A stretch of DNA of 64,000 nucleotides, from assembly GCA_951406725.2 (NCBI GenBank), contig OX597825.1:88722001-88786000 (forward strand), given 5' to 3'. Below the pieces are notes generated by a model. That model was not told the origin of the DNA and made no database searches. It saw nothing but the letters and a program-made list of their open reading frames with translations. Both the position numbers and the translations under genes were made by a program. Origin of the DNA: Octopus vulgaris (taxonomy: Eukaryota). Shown here piece by piece: positions 1 to 13,372 of this stretch (the stretch's first letter is position 1; the number at the start of each line of letters is the position of its first letter).

Positions 1-1375
1 TTACATCATCTTCGGTATCTCATGCTTCTCTCCTGTATTCTGCACATGGTGTAAGACTATAGTTAAAGATGTTTATTTATTCAGCATACTAACTAAAACC
101 AAAAATAAAAAGAACGTGTTTGGGCTCCGAAATAACTTTATTGCCTTCGAAGAATCAAAGGAAGAAATTTAGTTTGTGGAAATCTAACCGAATACTTCCT
201 GTGTGTGTGGAGGGGTGAGTGCGGTGCAAAGAAAAGAAATATATTAGTCGTGTCATATTTCATTTTGCCCGTGCGCTATTATATCTCCAGACAGCACTTG
301 TCACACTAAAGTGACTTCATTTACGCTGTTATAGAGAGAATAAATTAACTTTTTCTTCAAAAGAAAACACCGTTCTCTGTGATAAATGATTTCACAAAAG
401 AGTTTCACACCACCACTAAAGAAACAGGAACGAAACTGAGCAATGGTTTTGTCTATTCACAGTATTTTTGAGGTGATTGTGTGTGTGTGTTGTTGTATAT
501 GTGTGTGTGTGTTATTGTATGTGTGCATGTGTGCGTTTGTTTCCGTGTTTGAACGATTGGGAGTACGTCTGTGGCTGTGTGCATGCATAGTTAGGTAGTT
601 AGTACACATCGCACTGTTTAACCCAGCCTTCAGCCTCGTCTAAGATACACACATTTTTGTCAAAATCTGGTGTCCCTCGTTACCTATTAAGTAGAAACGT
701 GGAAGCTGGCATTGCGTGAAAGCAAGTCAAGCAACTAATCTTACTCTATACAACAACGAAGATTGCATTGAATAAAATGATGTTTGAGGAATCTCCATCA
801 ACAGTAAGTATTCAGTCCTAATACTCCAACATCTTCAAAATTCTTCTTCAAACCAAGAGAGCATCCTTTACAGCTATGTGACCAGATAAAACTTTGACAA
901 TATTTTAAGAGGAAAATATCGGAACAAGGAAATTTTCTGTATGGTTGCCTCCCCTCTAATAGTTGTCTACGTCTAGTTAACAAAATCTCGTGTAAGTATA
1001 AACAAGACCTGGGTCCTTATATACATTTTTATATTGCTGGTATATTACAAACTACAAAATGAACAGTAAGCTGAATTCATATTTAAAACAGAAGTAACTT
1101 ATAACTGCCAAAGCGGCAGAGATTGGTTGAAATGGTCATATTTCGTAGGCGAATATCTACATACCCGAATACCTATATAAGTGAGTTTCAATACAAATGA
1201 TTCGACTGAAAAACCGTAACTCAGACCGGTGCATTATGCGAGCCTGACTAACTCTGTGTGCGGGGTGTAGGTATGTCTGAATTTTCTGTGTGCAGAGAAG
1301 CTACATTGATACATGATAGCAAAAATATAAATCACACGTGAAAAATGACTTTTGAAAAATAGATGAACTAAAGTA

Positions 1376-1715
1376 GGCGTATGAGTGGCTGTGTGGTAAA
1401 TAGCTTGCTTACGAACCACATAGTTCCGGGTTCAGTCCCACCGCGTGGCACTTTGGGCAAGTGTCTTCTACTATAGCCTCGAGCCGACCAAAGCCTTATG
1501 AGTGGATTTAGTAGACGGAAGCTGAAAGAAGCCCGTCCCCCCAACATCGCTTGACAACCGATGCTGGTGTGTTTGCATCCCTGTAACTTAGCGGTTCGGC
1601 AAAAGAGTCCGATAGAAAAAGTACTAGGCTTACAAAGAATAAGTTCTGGGGTCGAATTGCTCGACTAAAAGCGGTGCTCCAGCATGCTCGCAGTCAAATT
1701 ACTGAAACAAGAGAG
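1376..1715 (+). mobile_element. tRNA-derived SINE (octopus OK/OR-like family)
   Basis: A-box-like GTGGCTGTGTGG, B-box-like GGTTCAGTCCC, conserved body, LINE-like tail GCGGTGCTCCAGCATG...CTGAAAC; homologous copies at 21.5k, 26.8k, 60.2k and 61.2k. Confidence 0.85.
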
Positions 1716-2658
1716 TAAAAAAGTAGAGAGTAAAATATTTAAAACCATCCTTAACATCGCTGGAACGTTTACTGGTTTCATTAGAGAAGCGATGCCGGAT
1801 TATCTTCTACCGTGAAACATTGAAAGTCATTTTACGTTTCCACGTTCTGTGTGTTCGATAAAGCCCCCCCACCCTACTTCATTGCATTACTTTTGGCACT
1901 CACTTCCCCATTACACAGTTTCAGTAGCGTGCGTACACAATACAAATAAGAATTCTTGCATCAAATACATTATCATAAATTATAATAAACACCTAGAAAG
2001 AAGCCTGCATATATTAGTTTCAGTGAGTTAGGTCTATTGGTCAATTTCATTAACCAGTCTATCGGAGAAACGGTAACACGATAGTTTAGTAAACGGAGCC
2101 AACAGATTACGGGAATAAATAAATAGTGAAGCCTGGTCAAATGGAAGACCGATGTGATACTAAGACATAGTCTCCTATGTATAACAGATCGATCCATTAT
2201 GTAGAGAGCAATCTAGATTTATTGAAATATACTTTGAAATGACTGTAACGTAACTAATTTGAATAAACGTGATATATATCATTACATAACGTCAAAATTC
2301 TGGTAAATAATAGGAAAAGAGATACATTTATTAATACATTACATATGAAAAATAAGAGTTAGAGACAGAAATATTAGTGAGAGAATGGCGTAGATAGTGG
2401 CTTACAGAGAAACTGGTCGGTGTATAACTGTAAGTACCGGAAAGTGGTGATCGATCGGGCGGCCTGTATTTTGAATATGCGTGTACGTGTCTAAGACAAA
2501 CCCGGAAGAAAATCCATCAGAAACCGTGTGAATCAAGACAGGCCATTTGAAGCACACCTATAGGGACACAAATTCCACCATACTTATGCGAGATAAATAC
2601 ACACACACACACACACACACATATACACGCGCACGAACGCGTACTCATAAAATACACA

Positions 2659-2719
<61 letters not shown>

Positions 2720-2720
<1 letters not shown>

Positions 2721-3232
2721 TAGCAGTATCGCCCGGCGTTGCTCGGGTTTGTAAGGGAAATAACTAAATAAGCATTTTTAGAGAGTTACTTCCCTTATAG
2801 ATGCCAATTCGGGCTTTCTTAGCCATTTCTGTTTTGGTGTCTTCAAGCCATGAAGTCGTTGTTCTAAAAGAACGCTGGTCTCCTTGACAACGCTTTACGA
2901 CGTTGATTTCCGTACACTCCCTTCCCCACAGCTTCACGAGGGAGGGAAGAAGGGGGAGAAGCAAACAGGTACAGGCGTTACCGTGGACGCCAACTCCGCC
3001 GCCATCGACACACGAAAAATTATGCATTAAAATGGAATAAAAATAGATGTTAAATAATTTTTAAAATCGTAGACTCATCGTAGACGCGCGCTAATACTCA
3101 GACGGGCTCGATATGAATCACGACTATAAGATACCCGAATTTGGTTAAACTGCACCGCAAAATGTGGGCGTAGTTAGGAATCTAAATCGAAGGGGACAGA
3201 CACTCACACAACTACAGTTTTATATATATAGA
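2720..3232 (-). mobile_element. Non-autonomous Helitron
   Basis: Minus strand reads A|TC...hairpin (CCCGAG CAACG CCGGG)...CTAG|T: canonical Helitron ends, inserted between A and T with no TSD. Confidence 0.8.
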
Positions 3233-3259
3233 TTTATTCACATATTTATTCAGATGAAT

Positions 3260-3291
<32 letters not shown>

Positions 3292-3309
3292 GCATACATA
3301 TATATTTAC

Positions 3310-4448
3310 AGGCCATGTATAACTTAATAGCACCACCTGGTGAAGTCTTTCAAGTCAGAATTTGGGCACTATGGCCCACTCAAGTAGAGAGTTATTGTTT
3401 ACAGAGACATATCCGGGTGTAGGGGGTTTATCCGGGATTTCTTGAAGGAATCTGTCCAAAGATTTCTTGAACCCTATAGGGTCTGTTTCTGTTTTAATGT
3501 GTTTTGGTGTAATGTTAAAGAGAGCGGGGCCAATTGAGGTGAAATAATTGTGCCGTATTGTTGTTATGAGATGAGAGTGCGATTTTTGTTTTGGGCGGAT
3601 GGCACGGGGCCCAAGCCTTGGATGTACCTTAAAGGTGATGCCAACATCATTTGGGCAATGCTGATGGAATATTTTCCACATCATGCAGATGATGTAGCGC
3701 TCACGACGACGTTGGAGAGAATAAAGTTTTAGCTTTTCTAATCGACCCCAATAGTCGAGGCCTGTCATGCCATCTATCATTTTTGTGATTGCCCTTTGAG
3801 GTGCTTCAATTTTTATGATACATTGTTTTGTGTGGGGAGACCACAGTGGACAACAGTATTCAAGGTGGGGTCGTGCAAAAGTGGAGAAGAGAAGGATAAT
3901 GGTGTGGATATCTCTGGACTGGAAAGTTCTGAGAATCCAGGAACACATTCTGCGGGCCATGTCAACTTTGGTGTTTATATGAGTGGCCCAGCTTATGTTG
4001 TTGTCCACAATTACTCCCAAGTCTCTGATGTTGTTCGATGCCACGAGAGTTTCACCTGAAGGAAGGGAGTATGGGAGTTTCAGGGCATCCACTTTTCCAA
4101 AGTGGATTAACTCAAATTTATCCTCGTTCAGCAGCATATTGTTTTCTTCTGCCCATTGGATAACAGCCAGTAGATCTGACTGAAGGCATGTCCGGTCACT
4201 CGCCTCATTTATGACCTTCTGTAGCTTGGAATCATCTGCAAAGATTTTTATGTTGCTGTGCTTGATGATGTCATTAATGTCATTAATGTAGATGATGAAA
4301 ATAAGTGGGCCCAGCACAGTGCCTTGCGGAACGCCACTACTGACATTGGCTGGGCTTGATTTTACCCCTTCAACTACAAAATGTTGAGATCTGTCTGTCA
4401 GGAAACACTTGATCCATTTCATTAACTTTCCAGAGACACCAATGTTGG

Positions 4449-4455
<7 letters not shown>
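3310..4455 (-). mobile_element. 5'-truncated CR1/L2-type LINE; C-terminal RT half is an uninterrupted frame (3355-4455)
   Basis: [41 protein letters not shown] motifs; the N-terminal YI run of ORF 3355..4794 is microsatellite. Confidence 0.92.
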
Positions 4456-4516
<61 letters not shown>

Positions 4517-4596
4517 TATACATATATGTATATATATATGTATATATATATATACATATATATATATACATATAAATATATATATACATATATATA

Positions 4597-4627
<31 letters not shown>

Positions 4628-4667
4628 AATATGTATACATTTATATATACATATATATATACATATA

Positions 4668-4740
<73 letters not shown>
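4456..4740. repeat. (TA)n microsatellite between two divergent LINE fragments
   Basis: Direct sequence. Confidence 0.95.
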
Positions 4741-4742
<2 letters not shown>

Positions 4743-6478
4743 ACTGAATGAGCAATTCAACAGTGCTTTCACTCCACCCCTTGGGCCATTCCAAATCACC
4801 AATCCAACTGACTTCTTTACCACTGCAGATATAACATCAGAGGCGGCGACGATAAATTACATCGATATAAAGGAAGACGATGTAATAAAGGCTATAGATG
4901 AAATGAAAACAGACTCAGCTACTGGCCCCGATGGATTCCCGGCAATCCTCCTAAAAGTATGTAAGAGAGTCCTAGCAAGACCACTGCAGTTCCTCTTTCA
5001 GAGCTTCCTTGCAGCTGGCAAACTTCCAAGAAAACTGAAAGAAGGTAAAATATGCCCTATTCATAAAGGAGGTAGCAGAGCGGAGGCCAAGAACTACAGA
5101 CCTATCTCTCTGACCTCACACATCCGCAAGGTCATGGAACGAATAGTCAGAAGGAAACTGATCACCTTCCTTGAAGAAAATGAATTGCTGCCTGACACCC
5201 AACATGGTTTCTGACCAGGGAGAAGCTGCTTAACTCAGCTCCTACAACACTATGACTGGGTGCTGAAACAGCTGCTCAACCACTCAAAATGTGGAAGTGA
5301 TATATCTCGACTTTGCAAAGGCCTTTGATAAAGTCGATCATGGAATGATATGTCACAAACTGCGTGATCTCAGCATAGTTGGAAAACTGGGAGAATGGCT
5401 TCATGACTTTCTGAAATAGTGAGCGGTGTTCCGCAGGGCACAGTTTTGGGTCCACTACTGTTCATAATGGCCCTCTCAGACATGCCCTCAGCCACGCATA
5501 GAGCCACGATCACAAGTTATGCAGATGATACAAAAGTTTCACAGGCAATACAGAACCCTGAGGACTCTAAATGCCTGCAATGTGAGCTGGACAAAATATA
5601 CAAGTGGGCTGAAAAGAATAGCATGCAGTTCAATGCTGAAAAGTTTCAAGCTTTATACTATCAGCATGCAAAACTAAATGCAATACCCAATGAATACACT
5701 GGACCCAGATGAATTGCAATCCCAGAGGCACAATCAGTGCGTGACCTGTGTATTTACATGAGTGATGACGCAACCTTTCGTGTACATGCTGCTAAATTGG
5801 CAATGAAATGTAGACGACTGGCCGGATGGATTCTCAGAACCTTTAGAACAAGAGAACAAGAAACCATGATGGTCCACTGGAGGACACTTGTCCTAAGCCA
5901 CTTTGACTATTGCTCTCAGCTATGGTCACCATCCAGTGTCAAGTTGATCACAGAACTTGAGGCGATCCAACGTAGCTACACGAAGAAGATAGCCTCTATG
6001 CAGAATATAAGCTACTGGGAAAGACTCAAGAGATTAAAACTCTTTTCCTTGGAGCGTAGGCGAGAAAGATATGCCATAATATACATCTGGAAGATCCTGG
6101 AGGGTAGTGTACTGAACTTTGGCATTGAGAGTTACACAAATGCCAGAACTGGGCGCCACCGCGTGGTGCCTAGGATCCAAATTTGCCATCAAGATGTAGG
6201 ACAAGCTCTTCAATATCCTCCCGAAGAATCTAAGAGACCTGCATGGGGTGGATGCAGATGTCTTTAAAATGAAACTTGATCTCTTCTTGTCAGGTATCCC
6301 AGATGAACCAACTTCACGGCAGGAGGTGCAGATAAGAGCAGCTGCATCGAACTCTCTCATGCACCAAATGGCAGTTGCTAAAAAGCATTCGTGAAGTAAA
6401 ACCATGTAGCAACACCAAATGGCGGTGCCCCAGCATGGCCACAGCTCATGAGCTGAAACTAGAATCAAATCAATCAAT
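4741..6478 (+). pseudogene. 5'-truncated CR1/L2-type LINE RT with stops, frameshifts and an internal deletion; 3' tail intact
   Basis: [45 protein letters not shown] across ORFs 4903, 5419, 5737; ends in a short (AATC)n-like tail. Confidence 0.92.
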
Positions 6479-6490
6479 CATATATATATA

Positions 6491-6876
6491 CTAGCAGTAT
6501 CGCCCGGCGTTGCTCAGGTTTGTAAGGGAAATAACTATAAAGCATTTTTAGAGAGTTATAGCCAAAAAAATAGCCAACTAATGGAAAAAAATGATGGTAA
6601 AATTTGTTTAGAGTAAAAATAGGTGGAGTTGCGTCCCCTAGACAGTGTGCCGTTTGTGTTTCTGATTCTCGACCCATGTCGAATTTATCGATTTTTTTCA
6701 GAAGTGGGGGAACTTTTCAAAATTTTCGCTGCGTTAGTTTTGAATTATGACATTGGGCTATGTGTATGTCAAGTTTCATCAGAATCGGTTGAAAGCCGTG
6801 GTCAGGGTGAGGGTACAAGCAAACAGACACACAGAAAAACGCACAGACAAACTGCCGTTTATATAGAGAGAGATAT

Positions 6877-6907
<31 letters not shown>

Positions 6908-7345
6908 GATATATATATACATATATATATATACATACGTATATATACATATATATACACTAGCAGTATCGCCCGGCGTTGCTCAGGTTTGTAAGGGAAA
7001 TAACTATAAAGCATTTTTAGAGAGTTATAGCCAAAAAAATAGCCAAAAAATGGAAAAATTGATGCTAAAATTTTTTTTAGAGTAAAAATAGGTGGAGTTG
7101 CGTCCCCTAGACAGTGTGCCGTTTGTGTTTCTGATTCTCGACCCATGTCGAATTTATCAATTTTTTTCAGAACTGGGGGAACTTTTCAAAATTTTCGCTG
7201 CGTTAGTTTTGAATTATGACATTGGGCTATGTGTATGTCAAGTTTCATCAGAATCGGTTGAAAGCCGTGGTCAGGGTGAGGGTACAAGCAAACAGACACA
7301 CAGAAAAACGCACAGACAAACTGCCGTTTATATAGAGAGAGATAT

Positions 7346-7382
<37 letters not shown>

Positions 7383-7812
7383 TATATATATACATATATA
7401 TATACATACGTATATATACATATATATACACTAGCAGTATCGCCCGGCGTTGCTCAGGTTTGTAAGGGAAATAACTATAAAGCATTTTTAGAGAGTTATA
7501 GCCATAAAATAGGAAAAAGATGGAAAAAAATTATGGTAAATTTTTTTTTAGTTAAAAAAGGTGGAGTTGCGTCCCCTAGACAGTTTGCGGTTTGTGTTTC
7601 TGATTCTCGACCCCATGTCGAATTTATCGACTTTTTTCAGAACTGGGGGAACTTTTCAAAATTTTCGCTGCGTTAGTTTTGAATTATGACATTGGGCTAT
7701 GTGTGTGTCAAGTTTCATCAGAATCGGTTGAAAGCCGTGGTCAGGGTGAGGGTACAAGCAAACAGACACACAGAAACACGCACAGACAAACTGCCGTTTA
7801 TATATATAGAGA
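6491..7812 (-). mobile_element. Tandem array of three non-autonomous Helitrons (6491-6873, 6960-7342, 7431-7812)
   Basis: ~470 bp period; each unit has CTAG plus hairpin at the minus-strand 3' end and TC at the 5' end; similar TA-rich spacers. Confidence 0.85.
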
Positions 7813-7871
7813 TATATATACATATATATATACATATATATACATACGTATATATACATATATATACATAT

Positions 7872-8151
7872 AAAGACCCCCTTCGGTCATGAATGACCAT
7901 GGGATTGCACCTAGAAAGTTACCTCCTAGACACAAGTCCAGGCAAGGTTGTTTATGGAAGGCTAGCAGTCGCCCATGCATACCAGCCTCCCCTCTCCACG
8001 CCACCAGTGTTATCCAAGGGAAAGGCAAAGGGCCCGATACAGCTTGGCACCTGTGACGTCGCAACTCAATTCTACAGCTGACTGAACTGGAGCAACGTGA
8101 AATAAAGTGCCTTGCTCGAGAACACAACACGCAGCCCGGTCCGGGATTCGA
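7872..8151 (-). mobile_element. 5'-truncated SINE of a second family
   Basis: B-box-like remnant at the right end (minus TCGAATCCCGG); flanked by a duplicated ATATATACATACGTATATATACATATATATACATAT (probable TSD); degenerate relatives near 55.6k and 56.3k. Confidence 0.7.
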
Positions 8152-8152
8152 G

Positions 8153-8482
8153 ATATATACATACGTATATATACATATATATACATATATATACATATAT
8201 ATATATATATACATATATATACATATATATACATATATACACATACATATATATATATACATACATATACATACATATATATATACATACATATATATAT
8301 ACATACATATACATACATATATATATACATACATATACATACATATATATATACATACATATACATACATATATATATACATATATATACCTACATATAT
8401 ATATATACATACAAACATATATATATCCATATAAACATATATATATACATATATATACATACATATAAACATATATATATAC

Positions 8483-8567
<85 letters not shown>

Positions 8568-8658
8568 CACATGTATATACATACATATATATATATATAC
8601 ATATATATACATACATATATATATATATACATATATATACATACATATATATATATAC

Positions 8659-8726
<68 letters not shown>

Positions 8727-8736
8727 ACATACATAC

Positions 8737-8772
<36 letters not shown>

Positions 8773-8934
8773 ACATATATATACATACATATATATATAC
8801 ATATATATATATACATATATATATATACATACATATATATATACATATATATATATATACACATATACATATATATATACATATATGTATATACATACAT
8901 ATATATATATACACATATACATATATATATACAT
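8153..8934. repeat. Complex (TA)n/(TACA)n microsatellite
   Basis: Direct sequence. Confidence 0.95.
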
Positions 8935-9183
8935 AAGAAAAATAAGTTGGCTAGCAGCGAGCTGTTTTGCCTCATACCGAAGGAATTAGAAATGGCAGTC
9001 AAAGACCGTTTTTTCCATTTCTATAAGTGGAGATTCCAAAAACGAAGGGCCTTCGTTTTTGGAATCTCCACTTCGTTTTTGGAATCTCCACTTATAGAAA
9101 TGGAAAAAACGGTCTTTGACTGCCATTTCTAATTCCTTCGGTATGAGGCAAAACAGCTCGCTGCTAGCCAACTTATTTTTCTT
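8935..9183. repeat. Near-perfect ~250 bp palindrome (fold-back or MITE-like)
   Basis: ~114 bp arms centred at 9049; the right arm has a 20 bp duplication CTTCGTTTTTGGAATCTCCA. Confidence 0.9.
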
Positions 9184-9307
9184 TACTATATACTGAACCT
9201 TACAAAGGTCTTGACAATTATTTTGTCGTATTTACATACCGAAATTTACCGGTAAATAATTGTTGGTTACATGGAAAACCACAGGAAAATTATTTACCAT
9301 TTTTATT

Positions 9308-9590
<283 letters not shown>

Positions 9591-9726
9591 ATTATACTTC
9601 AACTATTGTCACAGACTTCAATCTACAAAGAAATCGCTGAGGAAAGAAAAGTTTCTTGAATACTTTACCACTTCAAGATCTACTGGAGAAAGCCCCCCCC
9701 TCACACACACACATAGACATATACAC

Positions 9727-9768
9727 AAATATTTGATAAGATGAGATACATCGAAACCGGTAATATTT
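9727..9768 (+). ncRNA. Minimal type I hammerhead ribozyme, U3:A8 core variant, in a probable PLE 3' remnant
   Basis: AAATAT-TTGATAA-GATG agata CATC-GAAA-CCGG-TA-ATATTT: stems I and II pair perfectly, palindromic loop III. Confidence 0.65.
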
Positions 9769-9860
9769 TCTTTATATGATTTTTAAAATCATTTCATTAA
9801 ATTCCCTCTTAAATTGAACTGTCTTTGACTTACATTTCTGCTATATCCGCCTCCATGTTA

Positions 9861-9895
<35 letters not shown>

Positions 9896-10879
9896 GTATG
9901 CTTACATAGATAGGTCTATAGATAGAAGTATGTATAAATGGCTATATTTGTTAGATACATTTCGTCATTGCTACTACTGAACCAAAAATAAGCTGGCAAC
10001 AAAAAAAAAATCACGAGTTTTGAAATCTTTGACACAGCTGCCAATAAATCTATAATCAAAACCATTTCTTAGTTGCTACTTGCTCGGGACTGACAAATTC
10101 TTACTTAACTTGATATTCTAGACATTTCTCAGGTTAGTATTTTACAGTTTCTTTGACAGATGCTCCAAATAACATAGACACGTTTAGATGTTATTTTTGA
10201 ATATGTTTCCGTATGAGGTATACATAAAGGACGAAATTCAGTTTTGTTCGCATTCATCGTTTCCACTCATATATTATTTTTATCAATATCCATTTGAAAT
10301 TTCGGAAGATGCTTTCCAATAGATATAAAAAAACTGCAGAACCTATGTGCATGCATTTTACTTATTCTTCACCTTACAATGCATATGTATATAAAAGAGC
10401 GAAAGAAGAAAAGTAAAATGAAGCACATGTTTATTTCTTTAGAAGGCGACACGGCGTCGGTTATTCTTTCCAAGTCCGTAAAAGATTACAAACATTATCA
10501 ATTTAATAGAGAGATATCACTTTAACAAAAGATATCGACCGTAAAGAATCTTATGGTAGCAGCGAAAGTAAATAGCAGTTGATGACAGTTATACAATATG
10601 TCATATGTATAAAGTTATAGAGACTGAGAAAGAATTAAAGTCCTACATTTTTTGCTTTGCGTATAAACACCAACATGCAGACAGACATATCAACTTATAC
10701 ACTAAACTACACGTGCAAAAATTGCATATACAAAAACTTAAGCATAGAAAGATAATCATATATACATTTTCGCATACACACATGAATAAAATATATCCAT
10801 GTTTATTTAACTGAGTAAAATCTGACCACAGCTTTCAACAAAATGTATTTTGGTGTTTGAGTATTTTTATTCCCTTGTT

Positions 10880-11290
10880 AAAGAATCATGAGGAAATATA
10901 AGAACTAGAAAAGACTAAAACTTACAGACTAGCAAATGATGAAAGTGCAAGAATGTGGACCATGAAGAGAGTGTCTGTCATTCCAGTTGTTGTAAGGGAA
11001 CTCGGAGCACTAACGAGCGAGTGCAAGAAATATATCGCAGAAATCGGAACTGACACGAGAGCAGAGAATGCCGCAAGAAAACTGCTCTGTTAGGGACAGC
11101 TAGGAATTTGAGATAGGTACTTGGACGCCCAATGTCTCCCACAATAAGGAAAAACCAAGTATCAAAACTTCTGTTGTGCTGAAAGAGAGCCTGTGAGACC
11201 TACTTTCCGATCTGACGGTAGCAAACAAGAACAAACAAGATGGAGCGCTATGTGAAAGAAAATAACAACAAAACAACAACAACAATAATA
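10880..11290 (+). mobile_element. R4/Dong-type LINE 3' fragment (end of restriction-like endonuclease)
   Basis: RMWTMKRVSVIPVVVRELGAL resembles the ORF ends at 18.7k and 27.6k; (CAA/TAA)n tail. Confidence 0.65.
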
Positions 11291-11307
11291 ATAAGATCAA
11301 TACTAAA

Positions 11308-11860
11308 TGCCCTGATGCAGTATCCGACAGTGGCTCTCATGGCTTCTAATCTTACCTGATTGGAAGTCTATATTGTTTTGTTATGTACATTGTTTTGTTT
11401 TGTTTTTAAAGAAGGGCTACGTTAAATATGCCGCTTAATACCACAGATTTCTTTGAGAGTTATTCCACCATAACCAATTGAGCGATCCCTTAGTAGCTGA
11501 CGATATGTGCATCTCCGATCACGAGCAGAAGTAGTGAGGGAGCCATAGATTGAAGGGAATTCTTTGGGATTTATATAATTCACCTTTGGAAAAATGGGTG
11601 TTTTGTTCATCATCATTAAGCAACGCTTATTCAGGGACATTTTGAGCTGGATGGGCTACTTGACCTGAGGAAAATTCTAAGTGGGCCCCACCTGCAAGGT
11701 CGTGCGCTGTTTATCTTGATATGACATCACCACGTCACGCACATATGGTTGTGATGCATGTGCCTGGTTTATCCTTATCTGGCGGGTAGTCCTGATGGGT
11801 ATATTGGGCTTCGTATATTTTACCCGTGTCACTTTGACTGCATGCACTGCTCTCTCACTC

Positions 11861-11899
<39 letters not shown>

Positions 11900-12470
11900 C
11901 ATTGCCCTGATGCAGTCCCAGGCAGTGGCTCTCATGGCTTCTGATCTTAACTGATTGGAAGTGTTATCATGTACATTGTTTTGTCTTGGTATAAAAGATG
12001 GGCTACAGCAAATATTCTACTCAATACCACAGATTTGCTTGTCAGTTGTTTGACCTTAACCAGTTGAGCATGTCCCTTGGTGGCTGACGATATGTGCATC
12101 TCTGATCACGAGCAGAAGTAGTGGGGGAGCATCATAGCCATGTGTTGAGAGGAATTCTTTGGGGGTTTGGATAGTTCACCTCTGGAAACATGGGTGGTTC
12201 TTTCAACATCCTTAAACAACCCTTATTCAGGGACCGTTTGAGCGGGATGGGCTACTCAACCTGAAGAAAATTCTAACTGGGCCCCACCTGCAAGGTCATG
12301 TGCTGTTTATCTTGATATGAGATCACCATGTCGCGCACATATGGTTGTGATGTATGTGCCTGGTGTACCTTTATCAGACGGGTAGTCATGATGGGTATAT
12401 TGGGCTTCGTATATTTTACCCCAGTGTCACTTTGATGGCATGAACTGCTCTCTCACTCAATAATAATAAT
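11308..12470 (+). mobile_element. Two head-to-tail copies (11308-11860, 11903-12458) of a ~555 bp non-coding element ending in (AAT)n
   Basis: Both start TGCCCTGATGCAGT and end CTGCTCTCTCACTC-AATAATAAT; copies are diverged; no credible ORF. Confidence 0.75.
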
Positions 12471-13337
12471 ATCATCAGTGATGTGTATATTAGCATATTA
12501 AAATGGCAAAGTTTAGAATACCATTTTTGAATGGGGAGATGAAATCGATAAAATCTATTATGAAGGCAAAAACGAAAGACAATAATAGACATATGATGAC
12601 GGCCAGACGAAATGACTGCATTGGTGATTCACATTAAACTAAATTATTTTTGCCCGAAGATCAAAACCACCTTCACAACATTTATAAATATATATTTAGA
12701 GAACAAAATAAATACAGATTTCAGATGTAGAAGTCTAGAAAAAAGGGTTATAGAAAACCACGGACAAAAGAAAACGAATATATTTACTAAAATATATGGA
12801 AATTACAAGAGATGAGTTATATCGAAATAAAAACCAATATATTACTTAATATTAATAATCTCTGAATACACATTTGTTCTGCTAACGCTTGAAAAACAAT
12901 AACGTAGCTGAAGGTAATGACCTATCCTATATCGGCATATTCAGTTCGTGTTTACTACATTTTACGATATAAACCATTAAAGCAAACATATTTAAACGGG
13001 AAAGACTGTATTGTTCCGAGTAAGACCAAATGAATATATACTAACACATACATGAGGCAGGGACATACATCTTAATACACAATACATATAAGATAAAATG
13101 ATGCAACATATATATTAATATATTAGAGACACAGCATCAATAAATGACATTCATAGAAAATATCATGAAGCACATCAAAATCTCACAAACACGATTCATA
13201 TACGGCAATCAAACCCGAAATATAAATTAATACAGATTATGATAATATAATACAGAGATACAATCCAGTCTAGCGACATGTTTATCACATTCATTACAAG
13301 ATTTCAACGTATCAAACTACTTATATGTATATATGTA

Positions 13338-13372
<35 letters not shown>

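Noticed and set aside
1376-1450. tRNA gene
   Set aside because: It is a SINE head with no full cloverleaf and continues into the SINE body
4456-4794. N-terminal extension making a 479 aa RT ORF
   Set aside because: Read-through of microsatellite into the antisense strand of a different LINE
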